A stretch of DNA of 63,955 nt, the filler included, from Thraustochytrium aureum (lineage: Eukaryota), in assembly GCA_012862495.1 (NCBI GenBank). It is 6 parts of 3 records of this genome, joined end to end, with 100 filler letters (N's around TTAATTAATTAA, not from the genome) between each part and the next. Parts side by side here need not be neighbours in the genome. Positions count along the whole stretch, not along the records: positions 1 to 22,010 come from BLSG01000378.1; positions 22,111 to 36,547 come from BLSG01000378.1; 4 more parts are not named here. One strand, 5' to 3'. Each line of letters starts with the position of its first letter. The first letter of the stretch is position 1. Made by a program: the position numbers and the translations under genes. This document shows positions 11,609-22,309 of the stretch, one piece after another. The notes beneath the pieces were generated by a model. It did not search any database. It was given only the letters and a program-made list of their open reading frames with translations, and was not told the origin of the DNA.

Positions 11609-12807
11609 GTTGCTTGGCCGAGTATATACGCGGCTGCCCCGTGCTTCGCTGCGCCTTGCTCTTCCGTCGTTCTTTCACAAGAAATGTCCAGCAGAGCTCG
11701 TGCTCCGCCGCGCTTGCTCTGGTAGTGGGTGGATCGGTACTACCGTGGGTTGCTCGAGCCAGAGCGCCAGCTGCCCGCGATCCCTGCGGTCTGGTGTCGC
11801 CAGTGACCACGGTCTGCTCGCCGGACGTCCGCTTGGACTGGTTTTGCAGGCTGCCTNNNNNNNNNNNNNNNNNNNNNNNNNNNNNNNNNNNNNNNNNNNN
11901 NNNNNNNNNNNNNNNNNNNNNNNNNNNNNNNNNNNNNNNNNNNNNNNNNNNNNNNNNNNNNNNNNNNNNNNNNNNNNNNNNNNNNNNNNNNNNNNNNNNN
12001 NNNNNNNNNNNNNNNNNNNNNNNNNNNNNNNNNNNNNNNNNNNNNNNNNNNNNNNNNNNNNNNNNNNNNNNNNNNNNNNNNNNNNNNNNNNNNNNNNNNN
12101 NNNNNNNNNNNNNNNNNNNNNNNNNNNNNNNNNNNNNNNNNNNNNNNNNNNNNNNNNNNNNNNNNNNNNNNNNNNNNNNNNNNNNNNNNNNNNNNNNNNN
12201 NNNNNNNNNNNNNNNNNNNNNNNNNNNNNNNNNNNNNNNNNNNNNNNNNNNNNNNNNNNNNNNNNNNNNNNNNNNNNNNNNNNNNNNNNNNNNNNNNNNN
12301 NNNNNNNNNNNNNNNNNNNNNNNNNNNNNNNNNNNNNNNNNNNNNNNNNNNNNNNNNNNNNNNNNNNNNNNNNNNNNNNNNNNNNNNNNNNNNNNNNNNN
12401 NNNNNNNNNNNNNNNNNNNNNNNNNNNNNNNNNNNNNNNNNNNNNNNNNNNNNNNNNNNNNNNNNNNNNNNNNNNNNNNNNNNNNNNNNNNNNNNNNNNN
12501 NNNNNNNNNNNNNNNNNNNNNNNNNNNNNNNNNNNNNNNNNNNNNNNNAGGCAGCCTCGCGTGAGCCCGCGCCAAAAATCAGCGAGAACTGGCTACTTCC
12601 ACATTATCGGTCAATGTAGGTACTGCTGGCAGGAACTCTAGAGCTAGTTACTTAGCCCAGATGCCACACTCTGAACAATGTCAAAAGTGTGCCGCGATGT
12701 CGCGAACAACGTCAATCGCCTTGTCGCCTGAATTAGGAGGACCTTGTTGGAGTCCTGTTGTGTCCAACTGTTGTGTTGAACTGTGCTGACGGCTCGCGCT
12801 GGTCACG

Positions 12808-12873
12808 CTGGACGCCGCTCGCTCGCGCTGGACGCCGCTCGCTCGCGCTGGACAACGCTCGCTCGCGCTGGAC
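12808..12873. repeat. 20-bp tandem repeat (GCTGGACGCCGCTCGCTCGC), about 3 copies
   Basis: Direct repeat upstream of the FAD oxidase. Confidence 0.8.
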
Positions 12874-13002
12874 AGTTTGATTGGTCGAACCAGAACCCAA
12901 ACGTCGTTGCGCAGGACAGAACGAGTACTTCAAAACGCACGTTGCGAGTGAAGTCGAACTTGAGCATCAGCAGCAGCAGCAGGACCAATCGACACAAGGA
13001 CG

Positions 13003-14271
13003 ATGATGGTTGGCAACGTCTCGCGAGCTTCGCTATGTGTTGTCATGATGGCCACGCTATGCGTAGCCTCCGCAGTCGGGAAGTACTGCATGCCAGACGA
13101 GAGCTGCTGGCCGACGGAAGCGCAGTGGCAGGAACTCGGCGCCAAGCTCGGGCCTGGCAAGCTCCACAAGCAAAGCCTTCCGTCTGCCTACGAGGTTTGC
13201 TTTGAACAGGGCAGCGACGCCTACGCGATTGCGGCAGCTGGGAACGGGGTCTGCATGCAGAACCACGAGTGCAAGAACGAGTTTTGCGATGCGCGCCGAG
13301 GCTACGACCTTCCGACGTACACTGTGGAGGCGACTATCAAGACGGACATTCAGGCCGCCCTCAACTTCTCCAATACATTCAACTTGATGGTGACAATCAA
13401 GACGTCGGGCCACAGCTACTCGGGATCAAGCACGGCCAAAGGCTCGCTGCTCATCTGGATGGCCAATTTCGAAAAGATGGATCAAGTTGTCTCCAGCTAC
13501 AAGGATTCGTGCGGCAATCCATACGACAAAGCAATGCGCGTCGGTGGGGGGCAAACCTGGGGCGAGGTGTACAAGACGGCAGGTTCCGACTACCACGTTC
13601 TTGGTGGAGGCGGCCTGACCGTGTCTGCAGCAGGGGGCTGGCTCATGGGCGGCGGGCTCAGCGCGATGTCGCGCAAGTACGGCTACGGCGTTGATAATGT
13701 GATTGACTTTGAGGTCGTTCTTGCGAATGGAACTCTCGTCCACGTGGATGCTTGCTCTCAACCCGACCTTTTCTGGGCTCTCCGAGGCGGCGGCGGCGGC
13801 GCCTTTGGCGTAACGACCATGGTTCATTACAAGATTCGACCAGCAGAGGCCGTCACCCTTTTCGTGCTAAACCTCGATGTAAAAGGTCTGGACGCACCGA
13901 AGATAGTCGACCTAATCTTCGGTTTCATCGACTTTTGGGTCGATACCTCGCCTGACCTCGACAGCCGTTGGGGTGGCTACTGGACCTTGAGTTCGTTAAT
14001 CCTCTTCTTCGTCGGCCCAGAAGCGGAAGCTCGGTCCACGCTCGTCAGCAAGGTTGAGGCTTGGGGGCTCACGCTCCCGAATGACCTGAGGAGCCGCATT
14101 GGCATTGACGTAACGACTTCCCCATCCTATTATGACGCGATCGGACGCGGAAGTTATACCGATTCAACTGGGACAGAGTCCTTTTCGATTGCGAGCCGTC
14201 TAGTGAAACGAACGTGGGTGAAAGAGAATCCCGCCCGGGCCAAGAAGGTCCTCAAAACGCTCGCAGCGAAC
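13003..14271 (+). CDS. Secreted FAD-linked oxidoreductase, berberine-bridge-enzyme-like (FAD_binding_4); 3' end in gap
   Basis: Signal-peptide-like N terminus; CMPDESCWP; IKTSGHSYSGSS (flavinylation His); GGWLMGGG..SRKYGYGVDNV; DLFWALRGGGGGAFGV. Confidence 0.9.
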
Positions 14272-15147
14272 NNNNNNNNNNNNNNNNNNNNNNNNNNNNN
14301 NNNNNNNNNNNNNNNNNNNNNNNNNNNNNNNNNNNNNNNNNNNNNNNNNNNNNNNNNNNNNNNNNNNNNNNNNNNNNNNNNNNNNNNNNNNNNNNNNNNN
14401 NNNNNNNNNNNNNNNNNNNNNNNNNNNNNNNNNNNNNNNNNNNNNNNNNNNNNNNNNNNNNNNNNNNNNNNNNNNNNNNNNNNNNNNNNNNNNNNNNNNN
14501 NNNNNNNNNNNNNNNNNNNNNNNNNNNNNNNNNNNNNNNNNNNNNNNNNNNNNNNNNNNNNNNNNNNNNNNNNNNNNNNNNNNNNNNNNNNNNNNNNNNN
14601 NNNNNNNNNNNNNNNNNNNNNNNNNNNNNNNNNNNNNNNNNNNNNNNNNNNNNNNNNNNNNNNNNNNNNNNNNNNNNNNNNNNNNNNNNNNNNNNNNNNN
14701 NNNNNNNNNNNNNNNNNNNNNNNNNNNNNNNNNNNNNNNNNNNNNNNNNNNNNNNNNNNNNNNNNNNNNNNNNNNNNNNNNNNNNNNNNNNNNNNNNNNN
14801 NNNNNNNNNNNNNNNNNNNNNNNNNNNNNNNNNNNNNNNNNNNNNNNNNNNNNNNNNNNNNNNNNNNNNNNNNNNNNNNNNNNNNNNNNNNNNNNNNNNN
14901 NNNNNNNNNNNNNNNNNNNNNNNNNNNNNNNNNNNNNNNNNNNNNNNNNNNNNNNNNNNNNNNNNNNNNNNNNNNNNNNNNNNNNNNNNNNNNNNNNNNN
15001 NNNNNNNNNNNNNNNNNNNNNNNNNNNNNNNNNNNNNNNNNNNNNNNNNNNNNNNNNNNNNNNNNNNNNNNNNNNNNNNNNNNNNNNNNNNNNNNNNNNN
15101 NNNNNNNNNNNNNNNNNNNNNNNNNNNNNNNNNNNNNNNNNNNNNNN

Positions 15148-16524
15148 CTGTATTCGGTCCCGAACGTTGTGCTGCCGTTCGTGGGCGGCCTCTTGGTGTC
15201 CACGTACGGCGCGGGCCGCATGAACGTGGCTTTCTGCACTGCGCTCGTGCTCGGCCAGGCGTTTGTGGTCGTGGGAACGGCAGCCAAATCAATGTGGGTC
15301 GTGCTCGTTGGGCGGGCTGTCTTTGGGGCGGGGGCCGAATCGCTTTGCGTTGGCGTGTCGGCCCTGCTGGCCCAGTGGTTTGCGGGGGGCGCCGTCGCGC
15401 TGGCGATGGGAATCAGCCTTTCGGTCTCCCGACTCGGTTCCGTGATTAATGACGTGGTCTCCAACCCGCTCTCGGACAAGGTCGGGCTCGCGTTCGCCTT
15501 TGGCTTTGCGGGGATTCTTCTTGTGGTCTCGCTCGGCGCTTCTGTGCTCGTCCTGCGCATGGACAAGGCTCGCCTCAGCCAGATCCAAGATGCAAAGCGC
15601 CACGCGCTCGCGCAAGAGGGGCCGCGTGCGCCCCCGCTGTCTTGGCGGGCCATGTTGGCGTTTTCCCCGGCCTTTTACTGGCTGTGCGTCTCTTGCGTCG
15701 CCGTTTATGGCGTGGTGATACCCTGGAACTCGATTTCCAGCGCGCTGCTCATCGAGCGGCAGTGCGGCGCGAGCTGCTGCGCGACAGGGGGCACAGACTG
15801 TGCGCAACACGCCGCCGCCGAGCAGCGCGCTGCCGGGCTCATGGCCATTCCGTACGCAATCAGCGGGATAGCTGTGCCGCTTCTTGGCTACATCGTGGAC
15901 CGCGTAGGTGGGCGCGCGTGGCTCACTCTGGGGTCCGCTCTGGCGCTCTGCGCTGTCCACAGCGTGCTGGCTGCGAGCGCCTCGATCACGCCCGTGCCTT
16001 CTCTTGTCCTGCAGGGCTGCGCCTACGCTGTATATGCGGCAGCCCTGTGGCCTTCCGTCCCGCTCGTGGTGGAGGAAAAGAGCGTGGGCCTCGCATATGG
16101 CTTTATTACGAGCTCACAGAACCTTGGTCTCAGCCTCGTGCCGCTCGCGGTGGCCACGGTGCGGCGCAGTGCGGGAGCGTTTGCGCCAGCAGAGTACTTG
16201 TTTCTCAGCCTCGCGATTGTTGGCGTGGTTGCAGGCATTGTGCTTAATTGGCTCGACTATGCGAGGCAGGGCGGCGTTTTGAACCGGACCACGCTCGAGT
16301 CGCAGCGCATCGACCTCCAAGCGACCCTAAAGCAGGCCTCGCAGGTCCAGTCGAGTGCTCAGGTCGACATGGCCGCAAAGCGAGCGCAGGCGCTCCTTGA
16401 CGAAGCAGAGGCGGGCCCTGCGATGTCGGCGTCGTTTGCGTTTGCTGGGGCTGGCCCAAGTGAGTCGGACGCGCTGCTGGCGCGGGACAGGAGCTTTTCT
16501 TCAGAGTGCTCCTCGGAAATGTAG
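15148..16524 (+). CDS. MFSD1: MFS transporter, MFSD1-like (lysosomal); 5' end in gap
   Basis: YSVPNVVLPFVGG, GRAVFGAGAESL, QWF..ALAMGISLSVSRLGSVIN, LWPSVPLVV, GLAYG..QNLGL; acidic dileucine-like ESDALL near the C terminus. Confidence 0.85.
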   Translation: MYSVPNVVLPFVGGLLVSTYGAGRMNVAFCTALVLGQAFVVVGTAAKSMWVVLVGRAVFGAGAESLCVGVSALLAQWFAGGAVALAMGISLSVSRLGSVINDVVSNPLSDKVGLAFAFGFAGILLVVSLGASVLVLRMDKARLSQIQDAKRHALAQEGPRAPPLSWRAMLAFSPAFYWLCVSCVAVYGVVIPWNSISSALLIERQCGASCCATGGTDCAQHAAAEQRAAGLMAIPYAISGIAVPLLGYIVDRVGGRAWLTLGSALALCAVHSVLAASASITPVPSLVLQGCAYAVYAAALWPSVPLVVEEKSVGLAYGFITSSQNLGLSLVPLAVATVRRSAGAFAPAEYLFLSLAIVGVVAGIVLNWLDYARQGGVLNRTTLESQRIDLQATLKQASQVQSSAQVDMAAKRAQALLDEAEAGPAMSASFAFAGAGPSESDALLARDRSFSSECSSEM

Positions 16525-16874
16525 AGGGACTCGGGCGTCGTCGCTTGCTGCTCGAACGCTCCTGAAAGTGGATTCGACGCGTCAGCGCTGGACCTCGCTG
16601 GGCCGCTTGTTTCTGTTTATAAATACATGTTGCCTATTTGTTTGCCCGCGGCCGCGGCCTGCGCTCGCCACGCGCTCGCAGCATCTGCCTGGTCCCACTT
16701 GTTCGGATCGCCTGCAGTGCGGCTGCCTCAAGCCACCCGGCGGCTCTCACCAAAGCTCCCAAGTCCACCTTCGCGAGAAGGGGCAGGAGACACGGGCGCA
16801 GCCAGCCAGAGCACGGCTTCGCGCTCGAAACAAGCCTCCACACTGGCAAGCCGCGCAAAGAAACAGGAGGCACC

Positions 16875-17711
16875 TTACGACACGCTCGCTGCGTTTTCCG
16901 CACCAAGCTCTGCAGTCAAGACCTCGAGCCGGGCTGCTTCCCACAGCGCACGCTCGACCTTGAGCGCCGTCGCCGCGCGGCGCTGCTGACTGTTGTGCAG
17001 CGCCCGAGCGACATACAGGAAGAAGAGCGCAACTGGGATGGCACGCGCGAGCTGATCGGTACGGCCTTCGCCCCAGAACCCAGCGCCCTGCAGCCACAAA
17101 CCGCCGCCGCAAACCATTGCCGCAAACAAAACGAGCAGGGCAGAGGCAAGGATCAAACTTTGCGAGCTACTTGCCAGCCGTTCCCACGGCGTCGGGGCGT
17201 CGTTTCGTATCCATTGGCGCAGCGCGGCTGCCATGCTTGCTGCAGAGCTCTCGCGCCCCTGCGGAAACGGCCCCCGAAGCCCGAGCCGCACTCCTTCCAC
17301 AGCGTCTCGAGCCAAAGCTGCGACGACCTGCTGGCTTCCTACGAAAGCGCACTCCTGGGAGGCGCCATAGGTTCGAAGCGTCGATGCAACTAGACAGCTC
17401 GCCATTGGGCATTCGGCGCCGTTGTCTTTCACAAACCGCACAAGCTCTTGCACGGCACTGCGACTCGAAAGCAAGAGTTTGCCAGGAACTTGAGCGAGCA
17501 GCAGCGCCGCCGCAGTGACAACTTGCAGGAGATCAAGGTCTCCGCGCGCTCTTCGCGGCCCATTCTCGCCGCCGCGTTCGCCGACCCATTCAACGAGCCT
17601 GCAAAACAGCTCGATCTTGTGGACGTCTTCATCGAAATTGCCGTTGCCTTGCTGGGCTCCGCCTGCCGGAGCTTCCTCCACCACTCGCTTCGCCGCATCA
17701 ACGAGCCCCAT
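16875..17711 (-). CDS. Hypothetical protein with two predicted C-terminal transmembrane helices
   Basis: 278-aa ATG ORF; hydrophobic LILASALLVLFAAMVCGGGLW and AIPVALFFLYVA; no family recognised. Confidence 0.4.
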   Translation of the reverse strand: MGLVDAAKRVVEEAPAGGAQQGNGNFDEDVHKIELFCRLVEWVGERGGENGPRRARGDLDLLQVVTAAALLLAQVPGKLLLSSRSAVQELVRFVKDNGAECPMASCLVASTLRTYGASQECAFVGSQQVVAALARDAVEGVRLGLRGPFPQGRESSAASMAAALRQWIRNDAPTPWERLASSSQSLILASALLVLFAAMVCGGGLWLQGAGFWGEGRTDQLARAIPVALFFLYVARALHNSQQRRAATALKVERALWEAARLEVLTAELGAENAASVS

Positions 17712-17809
17712 GCCCGCGTCAAGCCCGCGTCAAGCCCGCGTCAAGCCCGCGTCAAGCCCGCGTCAAGCCCGCGTCAAGCCCGCGTCAAGCCCGCGTCAAG
17801 CCCGCGCAA
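17712..17809. repeat. 11-bp minisatellite (GCCCGCGTCAA) x8 plus one variant copy
   Basis: Eight perfect head-to-tail copies at 17712-17799, then GCCCGCGCAA. Confidence 0.95.
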
Positions 17810-18257
17810 GCTGCAGGCCTCTCGCCGGCAGCCCACCCTCTGCACCAAGGTCACAGCACTCGGGCCGGTCCGCACGCGAAAATCACCCTGCCGACTCGGG
17901 CCGCCGTCAACCCCTGGAAGCAGGTCCACGTAGCCGCCAGCCGTGCATCCAGCCGACGGTCCGCAACGCGCCGCAACGCCGGCCGCGAGGCAAGCCCGGC
18001 TACCAGGCGGGCCGCCGGGCAGGCTGCCAGGCAGGCTGTTGGGCAGAATGCCTCCCGATCGCGGACGACCCGCGAAGCCGCGCGCCCAGCAAAGCGCACC
18101 GTGACGGTGGCCGCAACGCGCCAGCACAGCGAGCGCCGCTCGCTGTCTATCTGTCTATCGATCCCTCTTTCAAGCTCTGTGGAGCCGTCGAGGGCGCCGT
18201 TGCGCGTCGAGCCTCGAAGCGGGTCTGGTCTTGCCTCGCGTTTCTGCGCCCGCTATA

Positions 18258-18583
18258 CCAAGTACCAGGAGACAACGTGTGGCGTACTCGGACTCGGACC
18301 AGCCGCAGTAGTCCTGAGCGCGTTGCTCTGCTCTTGATTGAAAGGGCCATGGACGCTAAGGCCGCTTCGGGTCCTGTGAATGTGCGCAGGTCGTCGGCGT
18401 TCGAGCCGCTCGATGGAGGACCAAGTACCGTGAGACAACGTGTGGCGTACTCGTACTCGGACCAGCCGCAGTAGTCCTGAGCGCGTTGCTCTGCTCTTGA
18501 TTGAAAGGGCCATGGACGCTAAAGGCCGCTCCAAGTCCTGTGAATGTGCGCAGGTCGTCGGCGTTCGAGCCGCTCGATGGAGG
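18258..18583. repeat. Tandem duplication of about 163 bp, two slightly diverged copies
   Basis: CCAAGTACC...CTCGATGGAGG at 18258-18420 and again at 18421-18583, with a few substitutions and a 1-nt indel. Confidence 0.95.
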
Positions 18584-20875
18584 TGCGGCATGCTCGGGTT
18601 TGGCGCGCCATGCTCGGGTTTGGTGCGGCGGCGCCTTCGCCTTGCCACCTCGCAACGCGACGGACTGCGGAGGGTGGGCTTGAGCAGATCGGCACGCGTG
18701 GCGTCGACCGCGACATTTTGGCTTCCCGGTACCTGGTGGGTGCCACCGGTCTGCGCGCTGGTCGTCGAGCAGACATTCAAGCATCAGCCTGTGGATTGAC
18801 GTTCGCCTTGCGCAGACCGCTCGCCTTGCGAAGAAAGTCCACAGGCTCGGCATTGCATTGCAAGCCGAATAGCCTACCGGAGACCACAAGCGGGAGCGGC
18901 TCGCGCGCGGTAGCCAAGCTGGTGGGCCATTGCCGCCCCGGAGCGGACCGTCCAGAAACGCAGGAAGGTTCTTCGATGCACCTGGCCCAGGGCCTCCATA
19001 AACGTGTCGCCATTCCTGTGCAGCCGCTTTGGCGTCACTGCTCGTATTTTGCACTGGGCAGCTGCTCGTCGACGAACCAAGCTCACAGGAAACATTCCGC
19101 GCGAGGTGCACGATCCTTACTTCCCTCTTCTTGCTTCTTTGGGACCAAAAGCATCGCTTGAGCTTGGCGCATACCGGTAGGAACAGCACGTGCTTCGCCT
19201 TCTTGTCCTCGTCGCCGAACTCGATCTTGCCCAGCTCGATCGGGTCGAATGGCAGCGAGGAGAAGAGCAGGCGATCTTGTCCAATCTGATTTGATGAGGT
19301 TGTCCCGGCGCCTGTTTCCCACGCGGTGATCTCGACAAGCGCCTCCAAGACGCCAGCGAGGGTTTGCGCTCCTTGTTCAGCCCGGGCGCGTTGTCCTTGT
19401 TCAGCCCAGGCGCGTTGCTAACGAGCGGGATTGCGATCGAGAGCAGGCAGCGCGGCAGCGCCTCGCGAATGGCCCTTGATCTGCGGCCTCGCCACATTAC
19501 GAATGCTCCTGCCCAAGTAGTAGTGAGCCGTCGATTCCGCGACGGCGTGCAAGTCCTCCTTGGTGAGCTGTCCGCGCACCTCCGGCTCACTCTCGACCGG
19601 CGGCGTCGATAGGCGTTTGCCGCAGCTGCACCCGGCTTGCTGCCTCGGCCTGCGTGCCAAGTGACCAACAAGGTTGGAGAGTGGCGGCTGGGCTGACGAG
19701 CCAGGATTGCGGCTGCGAGGCGCACCGCGCAGCCCCGGCGTCTTCGCGGGACAGGACAGTCTCAACCCCAAACACGACGCTAGAAAGGCTTGTCCGTCAG
19801 TCAGGGTTCGCGGGTACGCTGCCCAGCACATACAACCGCACCCGAGAAGGACTAAATAGCAGGACGGCCGTGAGACGGCACGGGCGCGGACGCGTTTCGT
19901 GCAAGGCGCACGTCGCCTGCTGGCCCGCCCGCCTGCGGCACAGGCGCTCGCTGGGCATACACCCGCTGCTCGATCGTCTTTGCGCTGCGAGACACCCAAG
20001 ACATCCATGGTCTCTACCCCGCCCGCCCAGTCCAGGGTCCGACTGTTCAAGGGTCCGAGAGACCAAACCGCGCAGCAAGGCTGGTCGCCTTGGCCCACTT
20101 CGCCCTTGCCGATCACGCGCACCGTCCTTGTCGCGCCCGCGAGTCTCTCCGCCAGCGAGTTGCCAAGGAGGGCAGGCGGTTGGCGCCGTCCCGCGTCGCT
20201 TTCCAGGTGGAATGTAGAGCAGAATTGTACTTGCTGAGTTGGCGCTGCGGATACCACTCCCTGCACGGAGTGTACAAATCTGGGAGACCATGCGCGTTGT
20301 ACTCCGTTTGCCCCTCACGCGAGAGTCTGTTGACTGACGTACACGCAGGAAAAACTGAACTGNNNNNNNNNNNNNNNNNNNNNNNNNNNNNNNNNNNNNN
20401 NNNNNNNNNNNNNNNNNNNNNNNNNNNNNNNNNNNNNNNNNNNNNNNNNNNNNNNNNNNNNNNNNNNNNNNNNNNNNNNNNNNNNNNNNNNNNNNNNNNN
20501 NNNNNNNNNNNNNNNNNNNNNNNNNNNNNNNNNNNNNNNNNNNNNNNNNNNNNNNNNNNNNNNNNNNNNNNNNNNNNNNNNNNNNNNNNNNNNNNNNNNN
20601 NNNNNNNNNNNNNNNNNNNNNNNNNNNNNNNNNNNNNNNNNNNNNNNNNNNNNNNNNNNNNNNNNNNNNNNNNNNNNNNNNNNNNNNNNNNNNNNNNNNN
20701 NNNNNNNGGGTGTCCTCCTGTTGCTGTCTCTGTGATCATCTCGAGCAGCGATGCACGTTGGGACTCTTGATGTACCACTAAGTACGGCTTCGCTCATCGT
20801 ATTCGATGTACAGCACCACCGTGCGCTACTCAAGAATCCTCAGGGGCGTCGGCCAATGCTCAGCGATCTGGCTTG

Positions 20876-20940
20876 TGGCTGCCTGGCTGCCTGGCTGCCT
20901 GGCTGCCTGGCAGGCAGGCAGGCAGGCTGCCTGGCTGGCT
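20876..20940. repeat. (GGCTGCCT)/(GGCA)/(GGCT) compound microsatellite
   Basis: Visible tandem repeats. Confidence 0.85.
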
Positions 20941-21053
20941 GGGGAAGGACGACTGCCTGCATGCATGCGGGACGCGGTGGTACTTCACTTGGTCTGCCAG
21001 CGCCAGGCAGCACAGGGAAGGAACGGACCGTCTGTAGATCAGCAAGGCTGCTC

Positions 21054-21097
21054 CCGCTCGCACGGCCGCTCGCACGGCCGCTCGCACGGCCGCTCGC
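21054..21097. repeat. 12-bp tandem repeat (CCGCTCGCACGG) x3 plus partial
   Basis: Visible tandem repeats. Confidence 0.85.
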
Positions 21098-22010
21098 GCA
21101 GTTGTGGTGCCAGCGCAGCACGTCTTGCGCAGGAGGGAGGGAGGGAAAGCCGATGTGCGCTGGCGATGCCATGCACGTCACGCGAGCCTGTAGGGGCTTG
21201 ATCGCACGTGTCAATCAAAACGGCGTCCGGCCGTCGATTTGAACGCCCTCTCGCGCGACGGACAATGGAAGGGGTGAGTGAACGCGAACTACTGACTTGA
21301 TCGCTCGCTCGCTCGCTCAAGGCTGCAGCGCGCTTCGCACAAAGGCGCAGCGCATTGTGGCGGTCGGGGACGTGCTGCGGCGATGACTCTTGCAGAGCTA
21401 GCTTGCCGTTTCCCGCGAGCCGTGACGCTTGAGCATGAGGGTTTTGGACCTGCAGGAATGTTGCCCTCAGAGCCCGATAACGGAGGCCTTGGACTGGCCT
21501 GGCCCGGCTGAGCCCAATCTCCCATCCGTGCTCGAAGCCGAGTTGGCCGGCAGCCGAAGCGAAGGCGTTGTCCTCAGACGCTTCGCGCTGGCGAGCCAAG
21601 TGGGGTTGCTTGTCTCTCTGCTGTCAAGGCTGTGGGTGGGTGGTTGGCTCAGTACAAGTGTCAATTCTGCCTTGGGGCGGGGTGGGAGTGGCAAGGGAAC
21701 AGCACAAAAACCTCCTGTCGCAGTTTGTTCGCCGCGACTGACGCGAAATGGATTCGCCAGAGTTGCCCGGCTGTGCCTCGCCATCGCCGCGACAACCTTG
21801 AGACGAAGGCTTGGATGCGTGCGGCTGCCGGTTTGGAGCGGTTCACTCGGTTGAGGTTGCCGAAAGGGCGCGGGTGTGCAAGCTGGCCCAAGCGAGCGGA
21901 GGTCGCGATGTGCACCAGCCTGAGGGGCTGCAGCGCTTGACCTTTCGAGCGCGTTTTACTTGAGGCAGGGTTTCTCCTTGGTTTGCCTTCCTGGTTGAGC
22001 TGCATTGCGC

Positions 22011-22110
22011 NNNNNNNNNNNNNNNNNNNNNNNNNNNNNNNNNNNNNNNNNNNNTTAATTAATTAANNNNNNNNNNNNNNNNNNNNNNNNNNNNNNNNNN
22101 NNNNNNNNNN
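22011..22110. other. Artificial scaffold spacer (44 N, TTAATTAATTAA, 44 N)
   Basis: Six-frame stop linker at 22055-22066; identical structure occurs five times in the window. Confidence 0.97.
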
Positions 22111-22309
22111 ATCCTTGTCGCGCGCGCAGCAGGCTGTGTCCGGCGCGCGTCTCGTGGCAGGGCGGTTCGGTTGGCGTGGCGCTGCTGGTTGCTGCTGCTG
22201 CGAGCTTTTCCGGGCGGGCAGGCTGCGCGCCGGTTTTGGGGTGATCTGGGCTTTGGTTGGATAGGTGGTGTCGCCGAAGACCCTCCACCGCCTGGCCGAG
22301 GGTTGCAGG

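Noticed and set aside
13003..16524. 1173-aa ORF suggesting an FAD oxidase-MFS transporter fusion
   Set aside because: The frame runs through 876 N, enough to hold the end of one gene and the start of the next; no sequence supports a fusion
17712..18583. CRISPR-like array
   Set aside because: Repeats are head-to-tail with no unique spacers, there are no cas genes, and the context is eukaryotic
22055..22066. TTAATTAATTAA as a regulatory palindrome or piggyBac TTAA target
   Set aside because: Always flanked by exactly 44 N on each side; it is an assembly linker
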